A DNA stretch of 64,000 nt from Narcine bancroftii. Its lineage: Eukaryota. Under the pieces are notes generated by a model. That model did not search any database and had not been told where the DNA came from. It saw only the letters and a program-made list of their open reading frames with translations. Positions 23,421-36,870 of this stretch are shown here, in pieces (positions within the stretch are counted from its first letter, which is position 1; each line of letters opens with the position of its first letter). The position numbers and the translations under genes are program-made. Location: NCBI RefSeq assembly GCF_036971445.1, contig NC_091474.1, positions 35,650,001 through 35,714,000 of the forward strand. The letters are read 5' to 3'.

Positions 23421-24476
23421 ATGATGCGTTGATTGGATTGCCATGAGGATAATGGTCAGATATATGTTATAAATCCATTGCAGAATATTGTGGCTGACAC
23501 TGATACCATGTGTCAAAGACCCCGTGCTGTTCTATGTATATAAGATTTGTATCAAAAGAGTTAGTTCAAGTATCCTACAAGTCGGAAACCCTAACTCCTT
23601 CTAATCTGTCCTATTAACTTGTTTTTATTCCCTTCATCAAACACATATGGGAATAATGTTGAGATTATTCTATTTGAAATATTTATTTTAAATTGACCTC
23701 TCTATCCTCTTGCATACATTCTATACCTTAAAGAATAGCTCAGGCCCAAAAGATTGACTACATCTTTACCTCCTATGGATGTTGCAAGACCAGCTGAGTT
23801 CTTCCAGCATTTTTGTGTTTTTACTACAATCACAGCGGTTGCAGACTTTCGTGTTTCATTCCACATCTTCACTGTGGTTCATACATTGGTGCAAGTGGTG
23901 TTCTTCACATGTTTTTCTACATCTTCATCTGGAGATGTTTTTCCCCTATTATTTCTTTATTTTTACTCAAATGAATCATCTCTGTTTTGTCTGTGCTTTG
24001 TGAAAGTAAAAGTTTCCATTATTGTCAATACTACATTTAGAATGCCTACCATTAGGCAATCAGAGAGTTGCCACAAACCCCTGGAGTGTATTTTCACCTC
24101 ATGCTCAGTACATGCCTTTAAAGACATCGTCATCGATGATCTTATTTCATATCATTCCTTTGTCAATTTACTTAAGATCTTGCATAATTCCCTTGAAATT
24201 ATCATTCATATTTAAAATATGACACTGAAATAAAAATAGATTTATCTGTAGTGAAAAAAATACTTTAATTTAAAGTATTTTGCCTTCAGGAAATTTGTGT
24301 ATTAGGATATTTCTTATTTCCTTAATAATGATAAACATGACTGGCATTAACAGTGGATACTTCCCTAACACGTCGTTTCGGAAATGTAAAAACAAATTTC
24401 AAAAATACCAAAATGAGAATACATTAGGCCCAAGTTCTATTTTATATTCAGTGGTATTTCATGTTTTATTCACTTT

Positions 24477-24839
24477 AGCCCCTTTTCCACTGGCATCCCA
24501 GTTAATTGGCCATGCATGTCCCGGGATAGGAAACCCTATACGCAGTTGCCACTGGGCCACCCTTAACTGGGACACTAATTACTTTTCCACTGAACACACT
24601 CATCTACCTTCAACTGGAAACGGGTGACTTCCTGCTGTCCTTTTTTCACTGGTTTTATCAGCATGCCGGTGTGTCAGCAAAAATCAGGGATACGAGTAGG
24701 GGTAGAGGGAATTAATCCCCGGCGTGAAGTGATATTATTATTTGATGCCGACATTCGGACAATGTTCCTTTTCCACTGGACGCTGTCCCAGTAAATTCAC
24801 AATTAATTCCTGGGACAGGGAGCCAGTGAAAAAGGGGCT
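24477..24839. mobile_element. MITE, probably PIF/Harbinger-like
   Basis: Terminal inverted repeats AGCCCCTTTTCCACTGG / CCAGTGAAAAAGGGGCT; internal TTTTCCACTG repeats; related fragment at ~51240-51420. Confidence 0.65.
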
Positions 24840-26456
24840 ATAGTTACAGATATCACTATTAAAAATAAAATGTTTGTCGGCTGTTGGAATTACATGGCAA
24901 GGTGTGTGCTAACATCCATTTATAATGCAAATATTAAAATAACATTCATACAGAAAAACTGATTTAAAGCTCTTTCATCACAGTCCAACAGAGTCAAAAC
25001 AGGAAAAGAAGTTGCAGCCTGCCACTATTTGATCTGAAGATAAGAAAAGTAACTAAATGCTCCTGGGCATTTGTAATTGAGATTGCTTTATCTTTCGTTT
25101 ATGCATCTAAATGACAGCTCTTCTAGCACTAAGAAACTGGAAGTCAATAAATGAAGATTGGTAGCTTGAATGAGGTGAATACAAGATGGTTCCTATAAGG
25201 TATCAGGGAATCTTAATTTTACACATCAGCAGGGAATGAGTGGAAAAATTGAACGATGTCTATCTATAACTGGTGCACGTTAGATCATGTCAAATAAATA
25301 TATAGTAAAATGCCAATAGTTCTTTCACATCCCAGCATTTATTGATTTTGAATTGCCCCACACTATGAAATATTTCAGCAGTTTTCTTCCTCTTTCGAAC
25401 AAGAATGATGGTTAAAATCAAGTTAATGAATGTGTTTCCCAAATGAACCATCGGAGAAGGAAAATGACGTGTTGCCTGTTTCTGGAAAACAGCCTTTTAG
25501 TCTCCATGAAAGTATTCCTACATTGCAAGGTTGCCATATTAATGTATCTGTCCTTGATTTCAGGATTGTTGCTGTGGTAGATCAGCCGCCCATCTTGTTT
25601 CTCTTACAAGATAATGATCTTGCTCAAAAAAAAAGCAGGCAGCAGACAGTAATAGATATTGCAGTTGGAAAATATTATACGTAAACATGCTTCGCAAACA
25701 AAATCAAAGCAGTGATGAATCTGAATAAGATATTGATTAGCCAACAGCCAGGCTATTCTGAGGTGTTTTGTCTGTCTCATTACAGACACAGCGTCAGATC
25801 TATGAGGAAATTACATTGTAGATACTGGAGCAGAAAAAAAGATGAGGAGGAACTTGATCAAAATGAAAAAAAAACATGAAATAGTTAGAAACTAACAACA
25901 GTGAACAATGTTAACCAAGGAAGCCTGCAGATGCTGGTGTCAAGTGCACTACAAAAATATGCTGGAGAAAACCAGCAGGTCACACAATATCCATAGGAAG
26001 TAAAAGATAACCAATGTTTCAGGCTGGGGCCATTGTCAGGCCTGAAATTTTGTGCATTGCAACAGGGGGTAATTTCCTGCACTGGTGCACTGGAAAGTTT
26101 TATTATGGGAAACATGGATCGGGGACCATTGTCGTCATGCAGGCACGAACAGAATAAGATATTATTAAAATGGCTATAATTACATTCAACAGAAAATATG
26201 GAGCAAAGGGTAAGAATTAGACTGGGTTGGATTAGAACAGATAGTTAGAACTGATCAGATTTGAACAACTGAATGGTCTACTCCTCCACTAAGGTGTCTC
26301 TGGTTATATCCGAGCATATACTATTTTCCAACTGCAGAAGGTGGCTAAAAGTGATGAATGTTTTAACCATAGGTTGTAATTTTTATTTTTATTTAATATT
26401 TGCTAGTTTCAAAATGATCAGATATTTAATACAAGCAAAGTTCCTATTTATATATT

Positions 26457-26680
26457 GGGGCAGCCTGGTTGGAGAGTAGTTAGCATAGCACCTTTGCAGC
26501 AGAATCCCGTGCTGTCTGTAAGGAGTTTGTACGTTCTCCCCGTATCTGTGCAGGTTTTCCCCAGGGGCTCTGGTTTCCTCCCACCATTCAAAACTTACCG
26601 GGGTGGGGGGGGGGGTAAGTTAATTGGGTGACACAGACTCATGAGTGAAATGGCCTGTCACCGTGCTGTCTGTCTAAAGA
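26457..26680 (+). mobile_element. tRNA-derived SINE (V-SINE/HE1-like)
   Basis: GTCTGTAAGGAGTTTGTACGTTCTCCCCG..GGCTCTGGTTTCCTCCCACCATTCAAAAC body shared with 12478-12738. Confidence 0.7.
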
Positions 26681-26799
26681 ATAATATAGTGCCAGTTTGA
26701 ATTAGAAAAGTTATGTAATTTACATTAGATTAACCATTTGCCTGCTCTCTGAGATGTGATGATTTGCAAAATATTAACATTCAGAAAATTTATCATTTC

Positions 26800-27140
26800 A
26801 GGACAAGGGGGCGATGTGATGGAGCTTTAGAAAATTATGAGGGGCACAGTTAGGGTTGAGAGTCAGAGTCTTGATCTCAGAGCAGGGAGTTTAGAACTAG
26901 AGGACATAGGTTGAATGTGTTTTTCACACAGAGCGTGGCAGTTATCTGGAATGAGCCACTCAGGGGGTGGTGGAGGCAGATACAATTACAGTGTTTAAAG
27001 GGACAGGTGCTTGGATAGAAAGGCATAGAGGGATAAAGACCTAACACAGACAAATAGAGTTAGCATAGAAACCGTAGACATCCTGACAGCTTGGAAGAGG
27101 AGGGCAAAATTGAATCATTTCTGTGCTGTATGATTCTATG
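26800..27140 (+). mobile_element. CR1 3' fragment
   Basis: AGAACTAGAGGACATAGG, TTTTCACACAGAG, TGTGCTGTATGATTCTATGA tail. Confidence 0.65.
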
Positions 27141-27155
27141 AATCAATAATCTAGT

Positions 27156-27376
27156 CTGGCCATTCTCAACAGGAATCCTAAGGCCATCCTTTTCAGTGGG
27201 GGGCCCAAAGCATATTTAAGTTCCACCTCACATTACATAAATATTTTAATGTTTTTTTTAATGCAGTCGGTAGAAGTATGGTAGAAACCAAAACTTGATG
27301 GTTTCATAGGGAAAGAGGCCCATAAACTTTGTGGAGTACTGGGGGAGCCATAACCGAAAAAGGCTGAGAATGGCTG
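27156..27376. mobile_element. hAT-type MITE
   Basis: Inverted ends GCCATTCTCAAC / GCTGAGAATGGC; ATCTAGT present on both flanks. Confidence 0.6.
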
Positions 27377-27639
27377 ATCTAGTAAAATCCTACATTACCA
27401 CCAACAGTGGGGCGTGGGCCAATTTCCTCTCACCTTTTGACACCAATTCCTAGTGCTCTTCACTGATCAGCCAATCTCTGATCGAGCCGAGAAACATTCA
27501 AGGGAGGTTGGGTGCTAGCATAGTTGACAGGCCACACAATCGGTGGAATTGCCATTCAGTCAAATGATAAGCACAGTGAGCTCTGTAAACAACACCCACA
27601 CTCGCGATAATGAGCTACCTTTCTTTGAATATTTCAGAA

Positions 27640-28165
27640 GACCCCTCCTGGAGCCAGCACATTGAGGCAACTGTAGAAAAAGGCACAGCAATGCCTAAAC
27701 TTTCTAAGTCTGAGATTTGGCATAGGGTCAAATACGCTAACAAACTGTGGAAAGTTTACTGACTGATTGCTTCAGAGCCTGGTTTGGTCATTCGAGTATC
27801 CAGGAACACAGAAGGTAACTAACAAAGCCAAATCCATCACACGCTTCGACCTTCCATCCACTAAATGCACTGATGTGAGGCATTGCCTCAGGAAGGCAGC
27901 CAACATCAGAAAGGACCCCCATCACCCTGATCACAATATTTTCTCACCATTTACCTTCAGGCAAAAGGAACAGAGGCTTGAAGACCAGCCCCTCTCTCTA
28001 CAAGGTTAGTTTTTTTTCAGCTATCAGGGTGTTGAACCTCGCCTTGTTACACTAATCAGGGACTGCTCTGACACCATAAAAGGACCAGCTCTCCTATAGT
28101 TTTTTCTTACACTATGCGATACGAATTTCAGTGCATATGTACAATATATACGACAATAAATTCTA
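27640..28165 (+). mobile_element. Rex1/Babar-like LINE 3' fragment
   Basis: CLRKAANIRKDPHHPDHNIFS motif in ORF 27767-28009; GACAATAAA tail. Confidence 0.65.
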
Positions 28166-28584
28166 TCTCATTTTCATTACTTTGTTATGTAATATATAGA
28201 TTATATACACAGACCTACACACACACCGTATAGAGAGAGAGAGAGGGAGAGGGGTAGAGCGAGAGATATTGTAGAACATTCACAATAGATCACCAGCACC
28301 AGATCAATGATCACTTTTTCAGAATTTATTGCTCCCTCCACAATACCGCCATGTCAGAGGGACTTTCACAAAGGTCTGTAACATTCTGTTGGGAATATGA
28401 CTCCTTGATATAAAATCTCCCACTTTCTTGAGTGGGACATGGTTATACAAATGTTGTTATCTGAAACCACGATATTACAAGACATGCTTTGCTGAGGGTT
28501 CAATGAATTTGAAAGTATGTCAAAGGCCCTTTGATAATGGCCACTTGGTAAAAGACCACATGAGCATTCTTGTCTCAAGTTTCT

Positions 28585-28745
28585 CCACCACCACCACCAC
28601 TACTGACAGCCTGCTCCTCTTCGAGGGATGACATTTGTGGATGGAGGTCAACTTCATCAGCCCCTGCATATCTAGATACGGTATGTGTAAGTGAGTTCTA
28701 TGGGCATTGTGTTGAAGCATTACGTCAGCTCCAGTATGTTTTAGC
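28585..28745 (-). mobile_element. Degenerate RTE 3' end
   Basis: Minus strand GTCATCCCTCGAAGAGGA hairpin followed by a (TGG)n tail, resembling the 3' end at 3310-3340. Confidence 0.45.
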
Positions 28746-31534
28746 CTGTCGCGGACGCATACTTACCTTCGTTGGGAGGAGGAGAGTGAGAGCGTTAGGA
28801 TCACCTGTATGACAGTAAGCTCATAAGAAGGTGAGAGGTGTTGAGCTGGGCAGTCTTTGGGGAGTTGAAGAATGCAATGTTATGTCTAGTGAATAAAAAA
28901 GGAAAGTCGACTTCATGGTGTGACTGAAAGAAACGAGTGAGTGCATTCTTTATTTGTTTGTAAGTTGTGGTAAATCAGCGCCATTACAAGCCCAATAGTT
29001 TAAGATCAATAGTTAACTGCACCACCTACAACCCCTGCCAATAGTCGACAATATCCTTTTGAAAAATGTGTTAGATGAACTTTCCAAATTGATGGTGCTG
29101 TTTAACAGCCAAGGCAGATATGCCAATTCACCAGCTGATGTCTTTGTTTCGTGATCAAGCTTCACGTGGCTATTTCCTGAGAGGAATGAGTTCATAAATT
29201 CAAGTAATGAGAGATAGGTCAAAGCTGCTAATAGAATTAACACTCTAAGCAGGGTGTTTTAGGAACCACTCTTGAAATTTGAGGACAAAAGTAGCATTGG
29301 CGTGTTCTTGACATTTAGTGCTCGGCCCAGGATTTCCGAAAGGCAGAGTGTATTATGTTTTTTTTTCATGGGAGTTTTTAAGTTCATCCTTAGACCTTTT
29401 CTTACATCCACCTGTTAATCTCATTGCATGCACAGAGCTTGCAAAAGACCATCTGATTTTGAAGTGTGGTGTTGGCATGTGAATTACATGTCCTGCTCAA
29501 TGGGTCTGAGCACAATTGTTCGACCAATGGCTACAAGGTTGGCTTGGGAGGAGATGCTGATGGTAGATTGAGAATTTATTGGCACAGTGTCTTTCCAATT
29601 TATTGGCTTGGAAGTATGCGATAGAGTAGGGCAGGTAACAAAGCCAGCTGGTACACCAGAACTCTGTGTTGGGCTGGAGGTCCTGATCTTCTAACAGCCT
29701 TTCACCCAGATACTAGTGTATTGAAGGAAAGAATGAATTTCATCATCAATTTGTGGTTTCACTATGGGATGAATTCCAAGATATGGGAATTTGTTCCTGT
29801 TTTCTGGGGAGTCGCATGGGAGCTTTACTCTTGGTGGGCATGGTCATATGGTGGGGGCAGTGTGCAGAGGATGTTAATTTGATGGAAACTGAGTGTAAAT
29901 CTGGTTGTCTCATTTTCTTCCAAAGTGATGATTTGTGTCTGGAGATTAAAAAGCCACTTATCTACAATTGCAAGGCTTCCCTTACATCAGGGAAGAAAAT
30001 ATATGGGAACAACCTATCACACCCTATCCTACCTTGGAAATATGTTGTAGTTAATTTATTATTCTTGGGTAAAAATCATGGCATTCTTGACCTTACAGGC
30101 CTATTTAGAATATCTTCATCACAAAGAAACAGGCTCACTACTTGATACCTTAACGAAGGGCTCAGGCTGGAAACTTTGGTTATATGTATGTATATCTTTT
30201 CCTCCTATGGATGTTGCGGGACTTCCTCCAGCAATTTTGTATAGTCACTATTTACCCTTTAAAGGGATAGGTAATGAATGCTATTTTTTTTTTATCAGCG
30301 CGACTCACAGACAAAGAAACAAAGCAATAAAGTATTTTTAAAATTGAGATCATGAATGAGATTAAATAATTTTTTTTCCTTATCTCTAATATTACTCAGC
30401 AGTATGAATCTCATTACAGTAAATTAAATATCAAATTTTATTTGTGTTTCACCAGTTGAGAATTGCCCTGCATTGGTATTTTTAGTAAATTACAAGATAA
30501 TCCTTCTCTAAAGCAATAGAGTATTTAGTTTATCTTGGGAAATTCTAGAATGTTCCTCAAAGATAATAAATATAATTGACCAAAAAGTAGTTTGTATGAC
30601 CATATTGCCTAATCTGATATTCCCCGCAGAATCCTTGTTTGAGATATTGAAATAGACTATAACTCTCTAATCCGAAGAATGAATCAATTAATGATTCTGG
30701 AAATGTAATGTGATCTTTGAGAGGCTTATGGATAAATGTCAAGGCCCAGAAGATCATTTTGGTTTATCTTATACTGTATTTCCTTCTGTGGGGTTTTTTT
30801 TAAAGAAAATTCTTCATATAATGATCCAGCACAGGAGCGAGCAGTTCATTGTTGCTTTGTGCAATCCCCACTTCTTTCAAGTTGAGGAGATACAATAGAA
30901 TATAGAATGCATTACTTTCAGGAAAAAAACCTGATAAGTCATGAATGTACAAATGAGTTGTTAACTTTTGACATGAGTGGAGAATTTTCGGTAATCCACA
31001 TTTTCCTATTAACATACTCAAACACTCATCTATAATTAGTTTTTAAACTAATTAATACAAATTACACTGCATTCATTTTTACTACGTGTTGTTATAAGCT
31101 TGGATGTTTCTTTAATCCTGATTAAGATGGATTTTTATGTCTTCATCATCTTGAGGTAATAACTTTCAAATACAATGCAAGGTGCTGAACAATTATGAAA
31201 AAATATTCTGATGTTTTATGCAATTGTGATGCAATTCTCATCTTTCCATAATTAAAGCATTATTAAATTTTCTGCTGGGTATTGTATAATGGAATGAAAC
31301 AGAAATCTTACACTCTGAAATTAGATTGTAGGATACAATATGTTGAATTGAAATAGCTATCCTAAAGGAAATTATTCATCACTCCTAGTTAATAGTATGG
31401 AATTTTAATCATTAATAACGAAGAGAAAGGCATATGGTTAGTTCCTTAATACACAAGAATGAGATAACATAATAAGTGAGCTCATTGGCCCTCTTGACGC
31501 CATGATTTGAACATTTATTGTATAAAATGCATTG

Positions 31535-31745
31535 ACACTATCAATGTGCTGTTCTAGATTAATGTATCTGGGTTCGAATCCTGCACAGTCAGTAAAGAGT
31601 TGGTTCATTCTCCCATGTCTGTGTGAGCTTCCTCTAGGCGCTCCTGTTTCCTCCCACCCTTCAAAATGTACAGGGTTTGTAGGGGTATTTGGGTGGCATG
31701 GGCTCTTGGGCTGTAAGGGCCTGTTACTGTACTGTATGTTTAAAT
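31535..31745 (+). mobile_element. tRNA-derived SINE
   Basis: B box GGGTTCGAATCC; same body as the other SINE copies. Confidence 0.65.
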
Positions 31746-31839
31746 ATTTTAATCTTCAAATTACATTAATCCATACCCTATAAATATATTTTATTTTGAA
31801 CAAGATAAAAAATGCCATAAAATAAGGACACAAGCAACA

Positions 31840-34800
31840 GTGGATCATTGGGATCTCTTTCGGGGAAGGTCTGACCTGTACAAAAGGGACAAGTTGCTTC
31901 TGAACTGGAAAGGGACCAATATCCTGGCGTGCAGGTTCGCTAGAGCTGTTGGGGAAGGTTTATATTAGTTTGGTTGCATGGGTGGGGAAGGGGGTCGTGG
32001 TGGGAACCAGATTGAGTGCACAGAATAAGGCAGAAGGTCAAAAGCAAGATGCTGTGTGTTCTGAGTTTGTGAGGAAAGACTGGTATAAATGTAGCTAGTT
32101 AGATGGTTGAAATCTGTCTCTTTCAATGCTAGGGTTATTAGGAATAAAGGGGATGGACTTGGAGCGTGGATCTACATGGAACTACAATGTTACAATGTGG
32201 TCATTGCAGAGACTTGGCAGGATTGGCTGATTCAGCTATGAGAGTTGAGGTGTTTTAAAAAGGTATAGGATGGGAGATAAAGTGGGGGGTGGGGGGGTGA
32301 GAGGAAAGTAGTGTTACTTATCAGAGATAATATCACACCTATAGAAAGGGAGGAGGCTGCAGAGAGAGTGTCCACTGAGTTGGTGAGGGTGGAAGTCTGA
32401 AATAGGAAGGGAATAATCACTGTATTAGGAGTTGTCTATAGGCCCCCAGGTAGCCTTCAGGTCATCGAGGAGCTGATAAGCAGGAGATCTTGGAATGGTG
32501 CAGGAAATACAGGGTTGCAGTTATGGGTGATTTCAACTTCCCTAATATTGCCTGGTTCCTCCTGACTACAAGAGGGATAGATGGAGCTGAATTTTTCAGA
32601 CGTTCAAGAAGGATTCCAGACACAGTATGTAGACCGGCCAATGAGAGGAGAGGCTCTACTGGATCTAGTTCTGGGTAATGAACCTGGTCAGGTGGTGGAC
32701 CTCTCGGTGGGGGATCATTTTGGTGAGAGTGACCACAACTCCCTAAGCTTTAGCATAGGTATAGATAAGAATAAAAGCAGATAAGATGGGAAAATGTTTA
32801 ACTGGGGAAGTATTAATTATGAAGGGATGAGGCAAGAACTAGAAAGAGTAAATTAGAAACAGATGTTCAAGGGTGACAGCACAGAAGTAATGTGGAGGAA
32901 GTTTAGGGACCATTTGTGTTGGGTTCAGGATAGGTTTGACCCACTGGGACAGGGTAAAAATGGTAGAAAAAGGCAACCATGGATGATGAAGAGGGTGAGG
33001 CAGCTGGTCAAAAGGAAGGAGGAAGCAGACATTAGATCAGGGGTCCCATCCTTTTCAGACCATCGACCCCTTCGTGGAATACATGATCCCTCATCGACCC
33101 CCAGGCATGGAATCCCGGTGCTGGATGTGGGGGAGGGGGGGGGGAAACAAGGGGGGTGGTGCTTGATGAGGGGATGGGTGTGGTGGTGGGGCTTGTTGGG
33201 GTGGTGAGGTGTGGCAGTCGTGCACTGGGGGGGTGGGGGTGGAGTTGCTGGACCCAGAGGGGTGGGGGTGGGGGTGGGGGGGGGATACATAGATACAGTA
33301 TATACTCGAGTAATAATCAATCCCTTGTAAAAGTAGAACCTACCTATTTTGGCCTTGGCCACTCACCCATCTGACTCCCGACCACTGATCCACATCCCAG
33401 CTCCTGCCCATATGATCTCCTGACTATGAGTCCTTGCCCGTCTATCTGAGCTACCAATACTCCAACTATGAATTTACCACCCATTCCCAGCCATCCAAGT
33501 GCCTGAGGTCTTAAACAATACAGGTAAACCTGAGATCAAAAGTTTGACCCGTGTAAAATCCAACCCCTTTTTTTTCTCAAAATGTGGTCAAATCATTCGA
33601 CAATTGCATGAGTATAAAGCAAAGTATATATACCTCTTTCTGTCCTTCCATTTGCTTTAAACTAAGTCAAAGGCCAGTCAAATATAACATGTCAGCTACC
33701 AAAGCCCAATCTCATGAGAGGTTGTCCACCCCTTGCATAGGTACTATTTTCAATCACCCCACCCCCCAGTGTTATTGACCGCCTTTCAACCATCTGGTAT
33801 TTATCGACACTTTGGATGGTCCCATCGACTCCCTGTGGTCGATATCCATAACTTTGGAGATCCCTACATTTGATATAGGGAGAAGGAAATCAGAATGGCT
33901 CATGAGAAGTATATGGTAGCCAGGAAGGAGCTTAAGAAAGAACTTAGGAGAGCTCAAAAGGGGCATGAGAAGGCCTTGACATACAAGATCAAGATATTCT
34001 ATGCATATGTGAAGAAGGATGATGAGAATGAAGGTGGGACCGCTAAAGAATAAATGAGGCCACATGTGCCTGGAGTCCGAGGAGGTTGGGGAGGACCTCA
34101 ATGAATACTTTGCTTCAATATTCACAAGAGAAAAGGACCTTGATCAGGGTGAGATCTGAATAGAACAGGCTTGTGTGTTGGACAATGTGGAGAATAAGGA
34201 AGATGAAATGTTGGATCTTCTTAAAAACGTCAAGATTGAGAAGTCCCCGGGGCTGGAAGCAATATACCTCAGGTTGCTGTGGAAATTGATGAAGGTAGGA
34301 TGGTAGATATGGTCTACATAGATTTTAGTAAGGCATTTGGCAAGGTCCCCCATAAGAGACTCATTCAGAAAGTCATGAGATACATGGAACTTTGGCTGTG
34401 AAGATAAAAAAAAATTAGCTTGCAGGTAGAGACTAATAGTGGAGAGAAAGAATTCTGCCTGGAGGATTGTGACTATTCGAGCACTGCAAGGATCTGTTAT
34501 GGGACCTTGCTCTTTGTGATTTTTATAAATGATGTGGATGAAGAGGCAGAAGGATGGGTCAGTAGGTTTTCAGATGATATGAAGGTTCGAGGAGGTGTGG
34601 ATGGAGCTGAAGGTTGTTGAAGACTACAAGAGGATTATAGACAGGATGCAAATTTGGGCAGAGAAGTGGCAGATGGAGTTCAATCCAGATAAATGTGAGG
34701 TGATGCATTTTGGAAGGCAAACCAAAAGGGTTAAGAGTGTGGATGAACAGTGGGACCTTGGGATCCGAATCCATGCAACCCTCAAGATCACCACACAGGC

Positions 34801-35430
34801 TGATAAGATAGGTAAGAAGGCCTATTGGATGCTAAGCTTCATTAATAGAGGATTTGAGTTCAAGAGTGGAGAAGTCATGTTGCAACTCTACAAATCTCTG
34901 GTGAGACCACAATTGTGTACGGTTCTGGTCACCTCATTATATGGAGGATGTGGAAGCTTTGGAGAGGGTGCAGAGGAGATTTACCAAGATGCTACCTGGA
35001 TTGGGAAACAAGTCTTATGAGGCAAGGTTAGCAAAAATTGGGACATTTTTATTTGGCACGTAGAAAGATCAGGGGAGACTTAGAGATCTACAAGATTTTG
35101 AGAGGTATAGATAGGGTGAACAGCCTGTACCTGTTTCCCAGGGCAGTAATAGCAAACACTAGAAGATGTGTACAAAGTGAAGGGAGAGACATTTATGGGA
35201 GACATCAGGGGCACGTTTTTTTTTAAATGTAGAGAGTTGTGGGTGCCTTGATTGACTTGCCAGGAATGGTGGTGGAGGCTGAAACATTAAGGGCATTTAA
35301 GACACACTATGACAGGCACGTGGATGGAAGAAAAATAGAGGGTTACGGGATATGGAGGGTTTAGCACATTTTTTTTTAAAAAGAATACGAGTTGGCGCAA
35401 CATTGAGGGTGGAAGATGCTGTACTGTTCT
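31840..35430 (+). mobile_element. Decayed near-full CR1 LINE (ORF1 end, EN, RT, tail) with a hAT-like insert at ~33038-33870
   Basis: VYRPP, VMGDFNFPNI, ALLDLVLGNEPGQV..HFGESDHNS (EN); LFVIFIND..FSDD, WAEKWQMEFNPDKCEVMHFG (RT); insert starts CAGGGGTCCC and has GC-rich, palindromic content. Confidence 0.85.
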
Positions 35431-36079
35431 ATGTCTTATGCATTAAATAATGAAGTCTTAAATTCATTGTTGTTTTGTTGCAATGCAGAAATTTCCTCCA
35501 CCTTTCAATAAGATAAAAAAAAGAAGCCGGATCATCATGGATCAGTGAAAGGGGTTATCCATTAAATTCAATACATCAATTAATAATTCATTTCAATTAC
35601 AAGTTACTGCATACCACACGAGTGATCGAAAATTTATAAGCTAAATAGATAAAAATCTGTGCATAAGAATAAAAGTCCTATGTTGTACACTGGAAAGAAT
35701 AGTAATTTTCCTAAAGTTTAAGGCAGATCTTTGAAATCTATTAAATAGATCTTAATTCAAATATTTTCACAATATTGCAAATAAAAATGACTGACATTTG
35801 AACATTAGCAATTATCATTCAATAATTTTTTTAATAAATAAGTAGAACTAACTTGAACAAAATTCCAATTAAATTAAGACTGTGCAATTTTATTCAAAAG
35901 GGAATTGAATTCCATGCCAATATTAATGGGTTTTCGTTTAGAACTGGTAACTCTTTTTGAAAAATGTTGCAAGTGTTCAAACCATATTATAAATAATTTT
36001 ACTTGTCCTTTCTGTGTTTGGCTTGGTACCAGAGTATGAGGGGACAGCTAATGTGATACTTTTATTTTTAAAGAGAAAA

Positions 36080-36870
36080 AAAGAGACAGACTGAGTAATT
36101 ACTGGCCAGTTTGCCCAACATCAGTGGTCGGTAAATTATTGGAATAAATCCAAGGGACAATATAAATCATCTTTCTGAAAGGCAAAGATTAATCAAAGTC
36201 ATTCAACATTTTTTTGTTAAGGGAATGTGTGCCTGACTAACAAATGAAATTCTGAGGAGGTACAAGGAAGCGCATTTGTTGTAGAGTTGGTCGTTTTTTT
36301 AGCAAAGCCTTTGAGAATGTCTCCGAAGATAAATTACTTCGGAAACCAAAAGCCCATGGGATCTGAGGGAAATGGCAATTTAAAACAAAAGTTGACTCAA
36401 CAGGAAGGAAGAAAAATTAGCAATGGGATATTTAGAGAAAGGAAGATTACTCACAGGGAAGCTGAGGAGTTTAGAGATGAGGAATGATGACAAAATTAAG
36501 GTGAGAACAGTGGAAACTGAGTGCAGATTTAATCAGTGATATTTTATTAGGGAACTGGATACAATGAGCAGGAAGGAACTAATTCCTGACCAAAGGAATG
36601 AAAAGCTAATGAGCATAGATTTAAGATAAGCCATAGAAGGATTAAAAAAGAGTTGGGGAAACCATTTTTTAAAATCTAAGAGTGTTTTGAGTCCAGATGA
36701 ATTGCCAGAGAGCATGGCAGGTAATGGGAACCCACACCACATTTAAAAAAATACATGGATGTACATGATCTTCTGTAATGTACAAGGAGCTGGAAAGTGG
36801 AATTAATCCTAATAGATCTTTGTATGTCAGCATGGAACACATCCTTTACTGCCATAAATTTCTATTATTC
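36080..36870 (+). mobile_element. Decayed CR1 fragment
   Basis: AATTACTGGCCAGTTTGCCCAACATCAGTGGTCGGTAAATTATTGGAA resembles the NYRPVSLTSVVGKLLE motif. Confidence 0.55.
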
